NCBI RefSeq assembly: GCF_009914755.1
Contig: NC_060930.1
Direction: 5' to 3' (one strand)
DNA: 64,000 nucleotides
Origin: the human T2T-CHM13v2.0 reference genome, Homo sapiens
Below, in pieces: positions 43,936-58,000 of the stretch. A program made the position numbers and the translations under genes. The first letter of the stretch is position 1, and the number at the start of each line of letters is the position of its first letter. The notes beneath the pieces are model-generated. The model saw only the letters and a program-made list of their open reading frames with translations, was not told the origin of the DNA and did no database searches.

Positions 43936-44332
43936 TGTATGTTATGTTGTTCTTGCACTGCTATAAAGAAATACCCAAGGCTGGGTAATTTATAAGAAAA
44001 GAAGTTCAATTGGCTCACCGTTCTGCAGGCTGTACAGGAAGCATAGCACCGGCATGCGCTTCTGGTAAGGCCTCAGGAAGGTTACAATCATGGCAGAAGG
44101 CAAAGGGAGAGCAAGGCATCTCACTAGGCAAGAACAAGAGAGTAGTGGGGGAATGTAATACACACTTTTAAACAACCAGATCTCTCAAGAAATCAGTCAC
44201 TATTGCAAAGTCGGCCCCAAGCCATAAGGGACCCACTCCATAACCCAAACACCTCCAACCAGGCCCCACCTCCAAAATTGGGGATTACATTTCAATATGA
44301 GATTTGAGGGAACACATATCCAAACTATATCA
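43936..44332 (-). mobile_element. MSTA-like MaLR LTR
   Basis: ttgcactgctataaagaaatacc ... caatcatggcagaaggcaaaggg ... atccaaactatatca. Confidence 0.88.
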
Positions 44333-45927
44333 AATTGGGAAGTTCCTGTTGTTGTTTAGAGGTTTTTTCCTCCTATCCTAAGTAATGGTCATCCCCTCCA
44401 AAAGTTTATGTACTGAAAAGGCTACCAGCCTTTCAGCTGAAAATTATGACAAAAGCAACAATATATTTACAGCATTTGGACCAAACTCTTGAAAAATAAT
44501 TTAAATATAATTGGTAGAGTTAGGAAAAAAAAAACCTTTCCAAAATTTTTTTCAAAATCTTATTGTGACTACATATAACAGAGATTCCTTAATGATTTTA
44601 ACTATATTTTATTTATACATATTTTATTTGTACATTTTACATACCTCTATAATTAATGTCATTGTTTTAGACATTTAAATTTATAAATGTTTACCTATCT
44701 ACAATTATTTTACCTATTTTTATTATTTTACCTATTTTTATTATTTTATACATATTTAACTATATTTTGTGTTATACTCTTTTTTAAGACAAATATGTTC
44801 AAATATAGTAACCTTAATAGCAACAACTACATATTTAGATTCAGGCTCTTTCAAATACGAAACTATTCCTGCATAATATGGCAAATGTATTGGAACCTAT
44901 CACTTCCCTAATACTGGAGTAGCATTTCAAGAATCATGATCTAGGCATAAGAAATATAACTTCAAAACTGCCATTTTTATGTGATGAAAAGGTAGGTTAC
45001 AAATTAAAAAAAATTTTGAAAACCTGCCATCTCCAGTTATGGGAAAATCATGACCTGTCGCCTAATTTGGGTAGTGATGCTTCCTAATACTGCCTCTCCC
45101 TGTGGAGGTGAGATTAGCCAGAATTCTCCTCCAACCTACACTGCTGAAGCCATTGGGAGAGGGGAGAGGAAGCACAAAGAAATATTGGAACTTGAGTGGA
45201 GAACTCAGGAGAATTTGTTCTGGCTGACAGCTGAGGAAAATAGCTATGGGGTGGGAGTGGCACAGGTACATGCTATTTCAGAACAAGTGGTCAGGTGGAT
45301 TTTGTAATTATTAAACATATTTAAAGAAATATAGTTCCATTATTTTCAGGTACACACTACCAGCAGGTAAGGTGAGGAAGTATAATTTAGACAGTTTCTC
45401 AAGGGAATTGCCTTAAAGAAATTCTGAGTCACTTGTAATTAACAAATCAATTTGAGGATAAATGGGCATTTCTGAAGTGCTTGAAGGTATTTAAAAGATT
45501 TTGTTCTCCTCTGAATATAAGCAACTGCCTATAATTTGGTTTATAGCATGGCTTTCTTTATCGCTTTTCAGCAACGGCTTCAACTTGACCTAATGACCAC
45601 AGCAGGACGCTAACCATGAGCTTCATTTCAGCCACAAATTGCGCTGACATCAAGGAACTTTCTCCCAGAGTTCCTTTAAAACCTTGAGGTCTACATTTTC
45701 CTTGGCTATGGCTCAAAACAGAAGCAACTCTTATCACCTGTGTCCTCCACCCACGTCCCGGTTTTGCTCTGTGCTTCCTCTCCCCACCCTCAGGTTTCAC
45801 CGCTTCCCTCCTTCCCAGAGATTTTCACTGAAACATGATAAACAAGCTCCCCCTGCACCCTTCAGCTCCTCACAGAAAGCTTCCCCTTCCCTGCCTCACT
45901 GCCCTGGTTAAAACCCGCCTCGCCTAA

Positions 45928-47090
<1,163 letters not shown>

Positions 47091-47753
47091 ATTGTTTCTT
47101 CACGTCAGAGACTGAGAACCTTTATTTAGTCCAATAAGTTTTAATTTGAAACAACTTTTCAGAAATGTGTATAATGATTCAGTACACCTAAAAATATATT
47201 ATTCAACATTAGAGGGGTTGACTTAATACTTACTGGTACATCTATGTAAGAAAATACCAAGCAGTTAATGAAAAGATGCTCTAGAAGAATATCTAACAGT
47301 GTGAGAAAAGTTTGCAATATATCATTAAGAATGAAAAGCAAGTTGCAGTGCAGTATATACATACAGTACAATCTCATGTTGATAAAATATATAGGCATAA
47401 AAAAGACTGGAAAGAAAATCTATGTGATTTTTGAGTTTGGTGATAAGTTTTTAGATATAATACCAAAATTACAATCTATAAAAGAAAAATAATTGTTGGA
47501 CTGTATTAAAATTTAAAAATTCTGCTCTGTCAAAGACAGTTAGGAGAATCAAAACATAAGCCACAAACAGTAAGAAAATATTTTCAAAACATATCTGATA
47601 AAGGACTTGTATCTAAAATATGCAGATGTCTTAAAACTCAAGAAAACAACTCACCGAAACATGAGCAAAAGTTCTCAACAGATGCCTCACCAAACAAAAT
47701 ATACAAATGGCAAAAAAAAAAGCATATGTAAAGATGCTCAACATTAGCTGTCA

Positions 47754-48084
<331 letters not shown>

Positions 48085-48267
48085 CTACAGTTGTTAGAAT
48101 GGCTAAAATCCAAAAAGCTAATCACATTAATTGCTGCTGAGGATGTGGAGCAGCAAAAACTCTTTTATTGCTGGTGGGAATACAAAACGGGATGGTCATT
48201 TAGAAGCAGAAAGGAGAGGAAGCAAGAATGATAACTATGGTACTGAATCAGGGTTTGGCCGTTTCTA

Positions 48268-48559
48268 ATTTTTTAAATTTTAATTATTTTTAAGAGACAG
48301 GCTGGAGTAGAGTGGCACGATCGATCATAGTTTACTGTAGCCTCAAGCTCCTGTGCTCAAGCCGTCCTCCCACCTCAGACTCTTGAGTAGCGGGGAATAC
48401 AGGTGCGCGCATCACCATGCTTGGTTAATTTTTAAATTTTTTGTAGAGATGAAGTCTCTTTTTTGCCCAGGCTGGTCTGGAACTCCTGGCTTCAAGTGAT
48501 CCTCCTACCTCAACCTTCCAAAGTGCTGGGATTACAGGCATGAGGCACCACATCTGGCC
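48268..48559 (-). mobile_element. AluJ
   Basis: TSD gtttggc(c/a)gtttct. Confidence 0.9.
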
Positions 48560-49563
48560 GAGTTTGGCAGTTTCTTACATAGTCATTCCATATAATCCAA
48601 CAATTGCACTCCTAGGTACATATGCAAAAGATTTTAAAACTTATATTCACACAAAAACCTACATGTGAATGTTTCTAGCAAGTTTAAATTGAAAATTGAA
48701 AGCAACCAATTTGTCCTTCAACAGACGAATGAATAAACAGTGGTACAATTATTCAATGGTAAAAATGTAGAATATTATTCAGTGACAAAAAGAAGTGAGC
48801 TATCAAGCCATAGTAAGACATGGATAAATCTTAAACACATATTGCTAAGTGAAAAAAGTCAGTCTGAACAGACTACATACTGTATGATGCCAATTATATG
48901 ACATTCTGAAAAAGGCAAAATAATTTTAGAATAGTTGTTAACAGGGTTTCAAGGAGAGGAGCGGGGGTTGAAAAGGTGCAGCACAGTATTTTTAAGGCAG
49001 TGAAACTATTCCGTATGATGCTGTAATGGTGGGTACATCTCTTTATATATTTGACAAAACCCATGGAACTTTACAACACAAAGAGTGAACCTCAATGGGT
49101 GAAAATTTTTAAAAAAGCATTTAGGAGTTCAGGGGATCTTAGCATGTGATCCTGGAATGCAGAATGTGACCAAAGAATTTAACTTATTACAAATGTATGA
49201 AATAATTTCAGTGAAATGGGTAGGGGAGAAAAGGTACTAATAAGTAAGTTCAGAAGTGAGTGAATACAGGAAGACTAAAGGCAAAATAAATTGCATATAA
49301 CTACTGTACCCCAGCTAATAAAGTTGTTTCCATGGGAATACAGGTTAACAATTCTGATTCTGCTATACATGTATACTGGGATTAAAGCATATGTAAATGG
49401 ATGGCAGATGGTAGGAGCCACGTTTTTCACTGTTGGAGTAGGAGGTTTTTGACAAGCAAAAAGAGGAAGCTAGAATGATCACTATGGTAATGAATTAGAG
49501 TTGGAGAAATCAGTATGAACTCATGTTTTAGCTTAAAATAAGTATAGATGGTTACATATAGAA

Positions 49564-49595
<32 letters not shown>

Positions 49596-52171
49596 CACAA
49601 GTTGATATATACATATATATGTTTTCTTGCTCTCTTCTGCTTAAAGGACCTAGAAGAAATGGCACCCCCATATTAATAAACACCCCTAATGCCCAGATCT
49701 TGCTTTCTAATGCCATTATTTCATTAAAAGACAAAAGCTCAGTAAAGATATGGCCAATTCTAGGCCTGGGGTCATGAATATGACCCATTGAAGATGAGTA
49801 AGTGCAGTACCAGAAAGTAAAAAATTACTGCAAAAAAAAAAAATCCCCCAAAACAAACCCACAGTTATAGTGGTATTTCAAAGGGCGAGCATACAGGAGC
49901 CAATTGAAAGAGCTCTCAATGGCAAAAGTTGGGACAATTTGAGCAAGAAAACAAGGAAAATAGTATTAGATTACAACCCAAGGTATAAAATCTATATCCA
50001 TGAGTCCATACTGATATAAATAAATGTCTGAATAAATAAATAAATAAATAATAAATGGAGGAAGCAAATCTCCCATGCAAAAGAATCTCAAATAATGTAT
50101 ATAGATACTTCACCCTCAAGGTGGTAGAGCGTAACTCCCCATTCCATAAGTTTGGGCTGTACATAGTGACTTCCTTCCAAAGAGTACAGTATGGGGTGGG
50201 TTAGGAGTAACTTTACAATGAAGAAATCTGACAAACATTACCTCATCCTGGTGATCAAGGTTAACTTGAACAGTAATAAGTCATGTGTATAGTATGTTTC
50301 CCTGGATACAATGTGGTCAGCATGGCATTTTACCTTTGTGGCTTTGTGGTCTTCCTTCCAAAAACACATAACCTCAGTCTAATCATGACAAAAATGTCAG
50401 ACAAATCCCAATTAAAATACATTCTACAAAATTCCTGACCAGTACTCCTCAGAACTATCAAGGTCATCAAAAACAAGCCAAGTATTAGAAACTGTCAAGC
50501 CAAGAATGGCCTTAGGAGGCATGACAGCTAAAGGTAATGTGGCATCCTGGATGGGATTGTGGAACACAGAAAGAACATCAGGTAAAAACTAAAGACATAT
50601 GAACAAAATGTTATTTAGTTATTAATTATGTATTAATATCAATTCATTAACTGTAACATATATGCCGTGCTAACATAAGATGTTAAAATAGGAAAAACTG
50701 GGTATAAGGTATATGGAAATCTTTATACTATATTTGCAACTTTTTTGTAAATCTAGAACTATTCTTTTTTAAAAATGTATATATTTAAAAAGAAGAAAAA
50801 ACTAGAAAGATATGCCTCAAAACCCTATTAGTAGTTGTGTTTTAGTGGCAGGATTACAAATAGTTTTTCCTTTTTGCTTATCTATATTTTTAAAATGATA
50901 TCAGTGAATTTTGATTTTTAGCTCTTGAAGGTTTGATATTAACCTAACAGTCCCAGCATTTGGTCTCTGGCCTCTTCAGATAGGTAGCATTTTGGCCCTT
51001 GGCAAGCAAATGACACCTGTTACCACCTCTAGGGGAGGAGTCCACTGCAGGGAGGACAGCAAAGAGCATGACAATGCCTACCACCAGGAGCAGCAGTCCC
51101 AGGATGTCACCTCACTGCATCAAGTCACCAAGAAAGCATCACCAAGAAAGACATGATTCACACAGGCGCTGAATGGAAAAACACTTTCCTCTTATAGAGA
51201 AGAAGCAGAGCAAGATCGGCTTCAAACTGGTGCCATGAACAGCAGGTCTTGCCCCACAGCCAACACAGGGAGATGGTCTGCATGGGCCCCTCTTGTGCTA
51301 TAGGCAAAGGACGCTATCTCTTCCTCTGCAAGGAACAGAAATAGCAGTGCCATTGACCAGGTGTCATAGGATGAGCACACTTTACACGGAAGAAAAAAGT
51401 ATACATTGAACCTGGAGCAGAAAAAGATACTCCCAAACAAGATGATATGCCCAGCACAGGCTGTGAGGGCTCCTTACCTCCATGTAGGAAAATGTGTCAG
51501 GACTGAGGCACTCTTTTATGCAGCCATGCAAGGGTCAGTATCCTGTGCATGACTGCTTTTTCCAACAGCCTTCATTCATAGGAATATACACTAGACACTG
51601 TAATCTCCTTTTGAAAAAGGAAGTAAAGGAAATGTAATTATCTCATAGTCGGTGATAGAAGTAAGTCATTATAAATATTAGGGGAATACAGTTAACCACT
51701 AGTAGTAAAGGAATCATTACTTTTGCAAATTAAGCTTTAAAAATCATGCCAGAAAGGTAGCTACAAAACTCATAATGCTTAGTAGAAATAAAATCTCAAG
51801 CTCTCCAGAAAATCTCTGCATATGTTACAGAAGTCAGAGAGACCAACAGGGAAGAAATTCTTTCACAGAGAATGATATCTCTGAGGGCATATGAGAAGAC
51901 ATCAGCTCTACCCTTGGCTAATACATGAATCCTTCTGAAACTTGCCTTCCACATCTTCCTGAAGTGTCAAACTTCAGTGACGGCAAGTGTATGCCACTAA
52001 GTTGACTGGTTTCATTTTCAGGTAGATTCCAAAATCAAGTTATACAAATTAAGACTAAAATACTCCATGATAATTTGCATTTTTGTAAACAAATGGTTAA
52101 TCAATAATAACTGTGAATTGAGGAGATGAATATTACCTATAAATGATGGGTGCCTTCTTGTTACTTAAAAG

Positions 52172-52384
52172 GGCGGTATAGAGTATAGAAGTTAGAGCAT
52201 AAGTTCATGCTCAATGTTGGGCAATTATTTCACCTCTCAGAGCCTCATTTTCTGCTCTTATAAAATGGAGATATTTATAGTCTGTACCTCATAGAGTCAT
52301 TGTAGGGGTTAAATGAATTAATACATGTCGAGTGCTTAGGATGCTATCTGACACACAGCAAGTTCTATATAAAAGTTAGCTGTT
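52172..52384 (+). mobile_element. MIR
   Basis: ttgggcaattatttcacctctcagagcctcattttct...taaaatggagat. Confidence 0.8.
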
Positions 52385-52676
<292 letters not shown>

Positions 52677-53089
52677 TTAGCTGTTACATTAAGTAAAGGC
52701 AGTTACTGGTTTTTAGCCATCTCTTTTTTACTCTCTGTCACATTCCACTCAGATCTAACAGTTTTGATTTGTATTTCCCTAATGAGTAATTCATTATGCT
52801 ATATTGGACATCACATTCACCCCCTTCACCCCTGACAACCTCTCACTCCTTCATGGCACAGCCATTCTCTGAGTTACCCAGAAGCAAAGCCTATTGATTC
52901 TTCCCTTTCTCACTTCTCTTGCAATTGGAGTTTCTACATTCTGAAATCTAACTTTGGTTATGGTTCTTGCATTTTTCCCCATTGCCATCACTAACACTGA
53001 GCTTAAGCACTTGTCAATTAATAATCTATTAACTTGGCTATTCTGCTTTCTTCATCCACCCCCATTTGTTTATACCCTGATGCCAGGTT

Positions 53090-54376
53090 AAATTTTATTT
53101 TTATTTTAATCACAGCTTTGTTGAGATATTCACATTCCATAAGGCTAAAACTTTTGAAGCATATCATGCAATGGTTGTTAGTATTCACAGACTTGTGCAA
53201 CCTTCACCATTATCTACTTACAGAATATTTTCATTACCCTAAAAAGAAAGCTCAGACACATAAGCAGTCACTCCTCATTTTCCCTTTCCCCCAGCCACAC
53301 AATCCCTAATCTACTTTCTATTTCTATGAAGTTGCCTAATCTGGATATTTCATATAAATGAAATCATATAATATGTAACCTTTGTGTCTGTTTTTTTTCA
53401 GTTAGCATAAAGTTTTTAAGGTTCATCCATATCATGGCATATATCAATACTTCATTCCTTTTTGTCACCAAATGCTATTCCATGATATGAATATAATCAC
53501 ATAGCATTTATCCATTCATCAATTGATGGACATTTGGGTTGTTTCCATATTTTGCTATTGTCAATAATATTGCTACGAGCATTTGTGTACAAGCTTTTGG
53601 ATGAACATCTGTTTTCAATTCTCATGGGTATATATCTAGGAGTAGAATTGCTGGATTATATGGTAACTCTTATGTCGACCTTTTTGAGGCACTTCCACTG
53701 TTTTTGAATGCAGCTGCATTATTTTACATTCCCACCAAAATATATGAGGGTTCTACCTTCTCTGTCCTCGTCAACACTTGCTATTATCCATCTTTTTATT
53801 ATAGCCATCCTAGTGGATATGAAGTGTTATCTAACAGTTTTGATTTGTATTTCCCTAATGAGAAATTCATTGTGCTATATTGGACATTATTTTTTGTATA
53901 TATTTTTGTAGAAATATCTATTCAAATCCTTTCCCATTTTTAAATGGAGGTATTTATCATTTTATTGTTGAATTGTGATAGTTCATTATATATTCTTGGT
54001 TCTAAAGAGTTTCTTATTGAATATATAATTTGCAAGACTATTCTCCCATTCTGTGGAGGCTGTCCTTTTGCTTTCTTCATATTGTCCTTTAAAGCACTAA
54101 AGTTTTAATTTTGATACATGGCCATTTATCTAAATTTTCTTTTGTTGCTTGTGCTTTTGCTGTTACAGCTGTGAAATTATTGCCTATGCAAGTTTAAGAG
54201 GACTTGCTCCTTTGTTTTATTCTGAGATTTTTTTTTTTAAAGCTTTAGCTCTTACATTTGGTCTGTGATCAATTTTGAGTTAATTTTTGTGTGTAGTGGG
54301 AGGTAAGGGTCTAGCTTCATTCTTTTGCATGTGAATATTCAGTTGTCCCAGTACTATTTGTTGAAAATACTATTCT
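53090..54376 (-). mobile_element. L1MB-like 3' end and ORF2 C-terminal region
   Basis: acagctttgttgagata...cctaatctactttct...ttgatggacatttgggttgtttcca. Confidence 0.85.
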
Positions 54377-54377
54377 T

Positions 54378-54990
54378 AAATGGATCAGTTCAGCAAAAGG
54401 ATATAACAATTTAAAATTGCACCCCACAATGCACTCAACATCCGAGCACCCCAGAAATACAGCAAATATTATTAGATGTAAAGGGAGAAATAGACTCCAA
54501 TACAATAATAGTTGGAGACCTCAACACCCCATTCTAAGTATTAGATCATCTAGACAGAAAATAACAGGAAATTAGGGATTTACACTACACTTTAGACCAA
54601 ATGGACCTGATAGAAATGTACAGAACATTTAATCTGATAGCTTCAGAATATACATTCTTCTCCCCAGCACATGGAACATTCTCCAGGATATACCATATTT
54701 TAGGCCACAGAAAAGTTTCAAAAAGTTTTTTAAATTTGAAATCATATTATTTTCTCAGACCAAAATGGAATAAAACTAGAAATCAATAACAAGAGGAAAA
54801 TGGGAAACTGTAAATACATAGAAATTAAATAACATGCTCCTGATTATTGGGTCAATGAAGAAATTAAGAAGAAAATAAAAAAATTTCTTGAAACAAATGA
54901 AAACGGAAACACAACATATTAAAACCTGTGGGATACATAAAAAGCTGTGTTGAGAGAAGTTTATAGCAATAAACACCTACATCAATAAAA
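54378..54990 (+). mobile_element. L1 ORF2 endonuclease fragment
   Basis: MDLIEMYRTF...EYTFFSPAHGTFSRIYHILGH. Confidence 0.85.
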
Positions 54991-55062
54991 TTCAAGGACG
55001 AACATAATAAGACCCCATGTTTAAAAAAATATTTTTGTTTTAATTTTTTAAAAAATACTTTA

Positions 55063-58000
55063 GATCAAGATGGCTGAATAAAAGCCTTCACCAATTGTCC
55101 TCCTTCAGGAACACTAAATTGAACTATTCACATGAAAACACTTTCATAGGAATCGAAATTTACCTTGGTGTCAGCTCAGCCACGGTGGGGTAGAGTACCA
55201 ACTGGGCTGTTGGGGTCCCCAATTCCAGGCCTTGGCTCTTACACAGCATTTCTGGACTTGCCCTGGGCCAGAGGGAAGCCCACCGCTCTGAAAGGAGAGA
55301 CCCAGGCCTCGTAGCAATCACCACAAGCTGACCAAAAACCTCTTGAGCCTTGAATGAACATCAGTGGTAGCCAGACAGCTCTGGCCATGTGGCTGGGGTG
55401 GTGGGAGCCTTTGGGAGAGACTCCTCTACTTGTAAAATGGGGAGAAAAGAGGGAAAGGACTTTGTCTTGTGGCTTGGGTGCCAGCTCAGAAGCAGTAGAA
55501 TGGAGCACCAGGTAGATTCCTAAGGTTTCCCACTCAAGGCCGTGGCCCCCAGATGGCATCTGTGAACCTACCTGGGAACTGTGGGAACTTGCCACCCTGA
55601 AAGCAAGGACATAAGCCTGGCTGGATTTACCACCTGCTGATTGTAGAGCCCTAGGGCCTTGAGCTATCATAGGAAGTAGCCAGGCACTGGTTACTGTGGG
55701 CCTTGGGGGAGACCCAGTGCTCTGCTGGCTTCAGTGCTTCTGTTCTGTGTAACCCCTCCCCTAGATCCAGACAGCTCAGAATAAACAGTGGGACTCTGTT
55801 TGGGAGAAATAAAGGGAAGAGAACAAGAGTCCCCACCTGGTAATCCAGGGAATTCTTCCAGCTCTTATCCAAGACCACCAAGGTAGTACCTTGGCACAAG
55901 TTTGCAAGAGCCACAATGTTACTGGGCTTGGAGTATCCTGTAATGCAGATATAGCTGCAGTGACCAAAAACTTACATAATAACACGCAAGTCCCTTCAGT
56001 GCCTGGAAAGCCTTCCCAAAAAGAATGGTACAAACAAGCTCAGACTGTGAAGACTACAATAAATACCTAACTCTTCAATGCCCAGACACCAACAAACATC
56101 CCCAAGCATCAACACTAAGACCATGACCTCACCAAACAAATTAAAAAAGGCACCAGACACCAATACTGGAGAAACAAACATATGTGACCTTTCAGAGAAT
56201 CCAGAACAGCCACATAGAGAAAATTCAATGAAATTCAATATAACACACAGAAGAAATTCAGAATCCTATCAGATAAATTTAACCAAGAGGTTGAAATAAT
56301 TACAAAGAATCAAACAGAAATTCCAGAGCTGAAAAATGCAATTGACATAATGAAGAATGCATCAGAGTCTCTTAATAGCAGAATTGATCAAGCAGAAGAG
56401 AGAATTAGTGAGCTTGAAGACAGGCTGTTTGAAAATACACAGAGGAAACCAAAGAAAAAAGAATTATGAAAGAATGAAGCATGCATATGAGATCCTAGAA
56501 AATAGCCTCAAAAGGGCAAATCTAAGAGTTATTAGCCTTAAAGAGGAAAGGGTGGTAGGACATTTATTCACTGGGATAATAAGAGAGAACTTCATAAACC
56601 TAGAGAAAGATATCAATATCCTAGTACAAGAAGGTTATCAAACACCAAGCAGATTTAACCCAAATAAGACTACCTCAAGACATTTAATAATTATACTCCC
56701 AAAGGTCAAGGATAAAGAAAGGAGCCTAAAAGCACCAAGAGAAAAGTAACAAACAACATACAATGGATTTCTAACACATCTGGCAGCAGACTTCTCAGTA
56801 GAAACCTTACAATCCAGGAGAGAGTGGTATGACATTTTTAAAGTGCTGAAGAAAAACAACTTTTATCTTAGAATAGTACATCCAGCAAAAATATCCTTCA
56901 AACATAAAGCAGAAGCAAAGACTTTCCCAGACAAATAAAAGCTAAGGGATTTCATCAGCATCAGACCTGTCTGTCCTACAAGAAATGCTAAAGGGCATTT
57001 TTCAGTCTGAAAGAAAAGGCTGTTGGTGAGCAAAAAGAAATCATCTGAAGGTCTAATACTCACTGGTAATAGTAACTACACAGAAAACCACAGAATATTA
57101 TAATGCCCTAATTGCGGTGTGTAAACCACTCATATTTTTACTAGAAACACTAACAGATAAATGGTCAAAAATAACTGCAACAAATTTTAAGATATATAAG
57201 TACAAATGAAATATAAATAGAAACAATAGAAAGTTAAAAACAGAATGATGAATTAAAATGTAGAATTTTTATTACTTTCCTATTTGCTTGTTTGTATATG
57301 CAATCAATGTTAAGTTGTCATCAGTTTATAATAATGGGTTATAAGATATTATTTGTAAGCCTCATGGTAACTTCAAATAAAAAAATATAAAAGATACACA
57401 CACAAAAATAAAAAGCAAGAAATTAAATCATATCCAGAGAATATCATATTCACTAAAAAGAAGATAGGAAGGAAGAAAAGAAGGAAGAGAAGACCACAAA
57501 ACAACCAAAAAACAAATTTTAAAATGGCAGGAGTAAGTCCTTATTTATCAATAATAACCTTGAATGTAAATGAACTAAACTCTGAAATCAGAAGACACAG
57601 AGTGGCTGAATGGATTAAAAAAGAAAAGCAAGACCCAGTGATCTACTGCCTACAAGAAACACACTTGACCTCTTAAGACACAAATAGACTGAAAATAAAG
57701 AGATGGAAAAAGATAACCAATGCAAATGGAAACCAAAACAAGAGCAGGAGTAGCTATACTTATATATGACAAAATAGATTTCAAGACAAAAACTATAGAA
57801 AGAGACATAAAAGATTATTATAATATACAATGATGAAGAGGTCAATTCAGAAAGGGGTTATAACAATTATAAATATAAACATACCCACAGTGGATTACCC
57901 AGATACATAAAGCAAATATTGTCAGAGTTAAAGAGAGAGATACACATCAATAAAATAATGGCTGGAGACTTCAACACCCCACTTTTAGCATTGGACAGAT

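Noticed and set aside
55140-55175. Apparent shortening of the L1MA 5' UTR as a second spliced L1
   Set aside because: I could not establish GT-AG boundaries from memory of the consensus.
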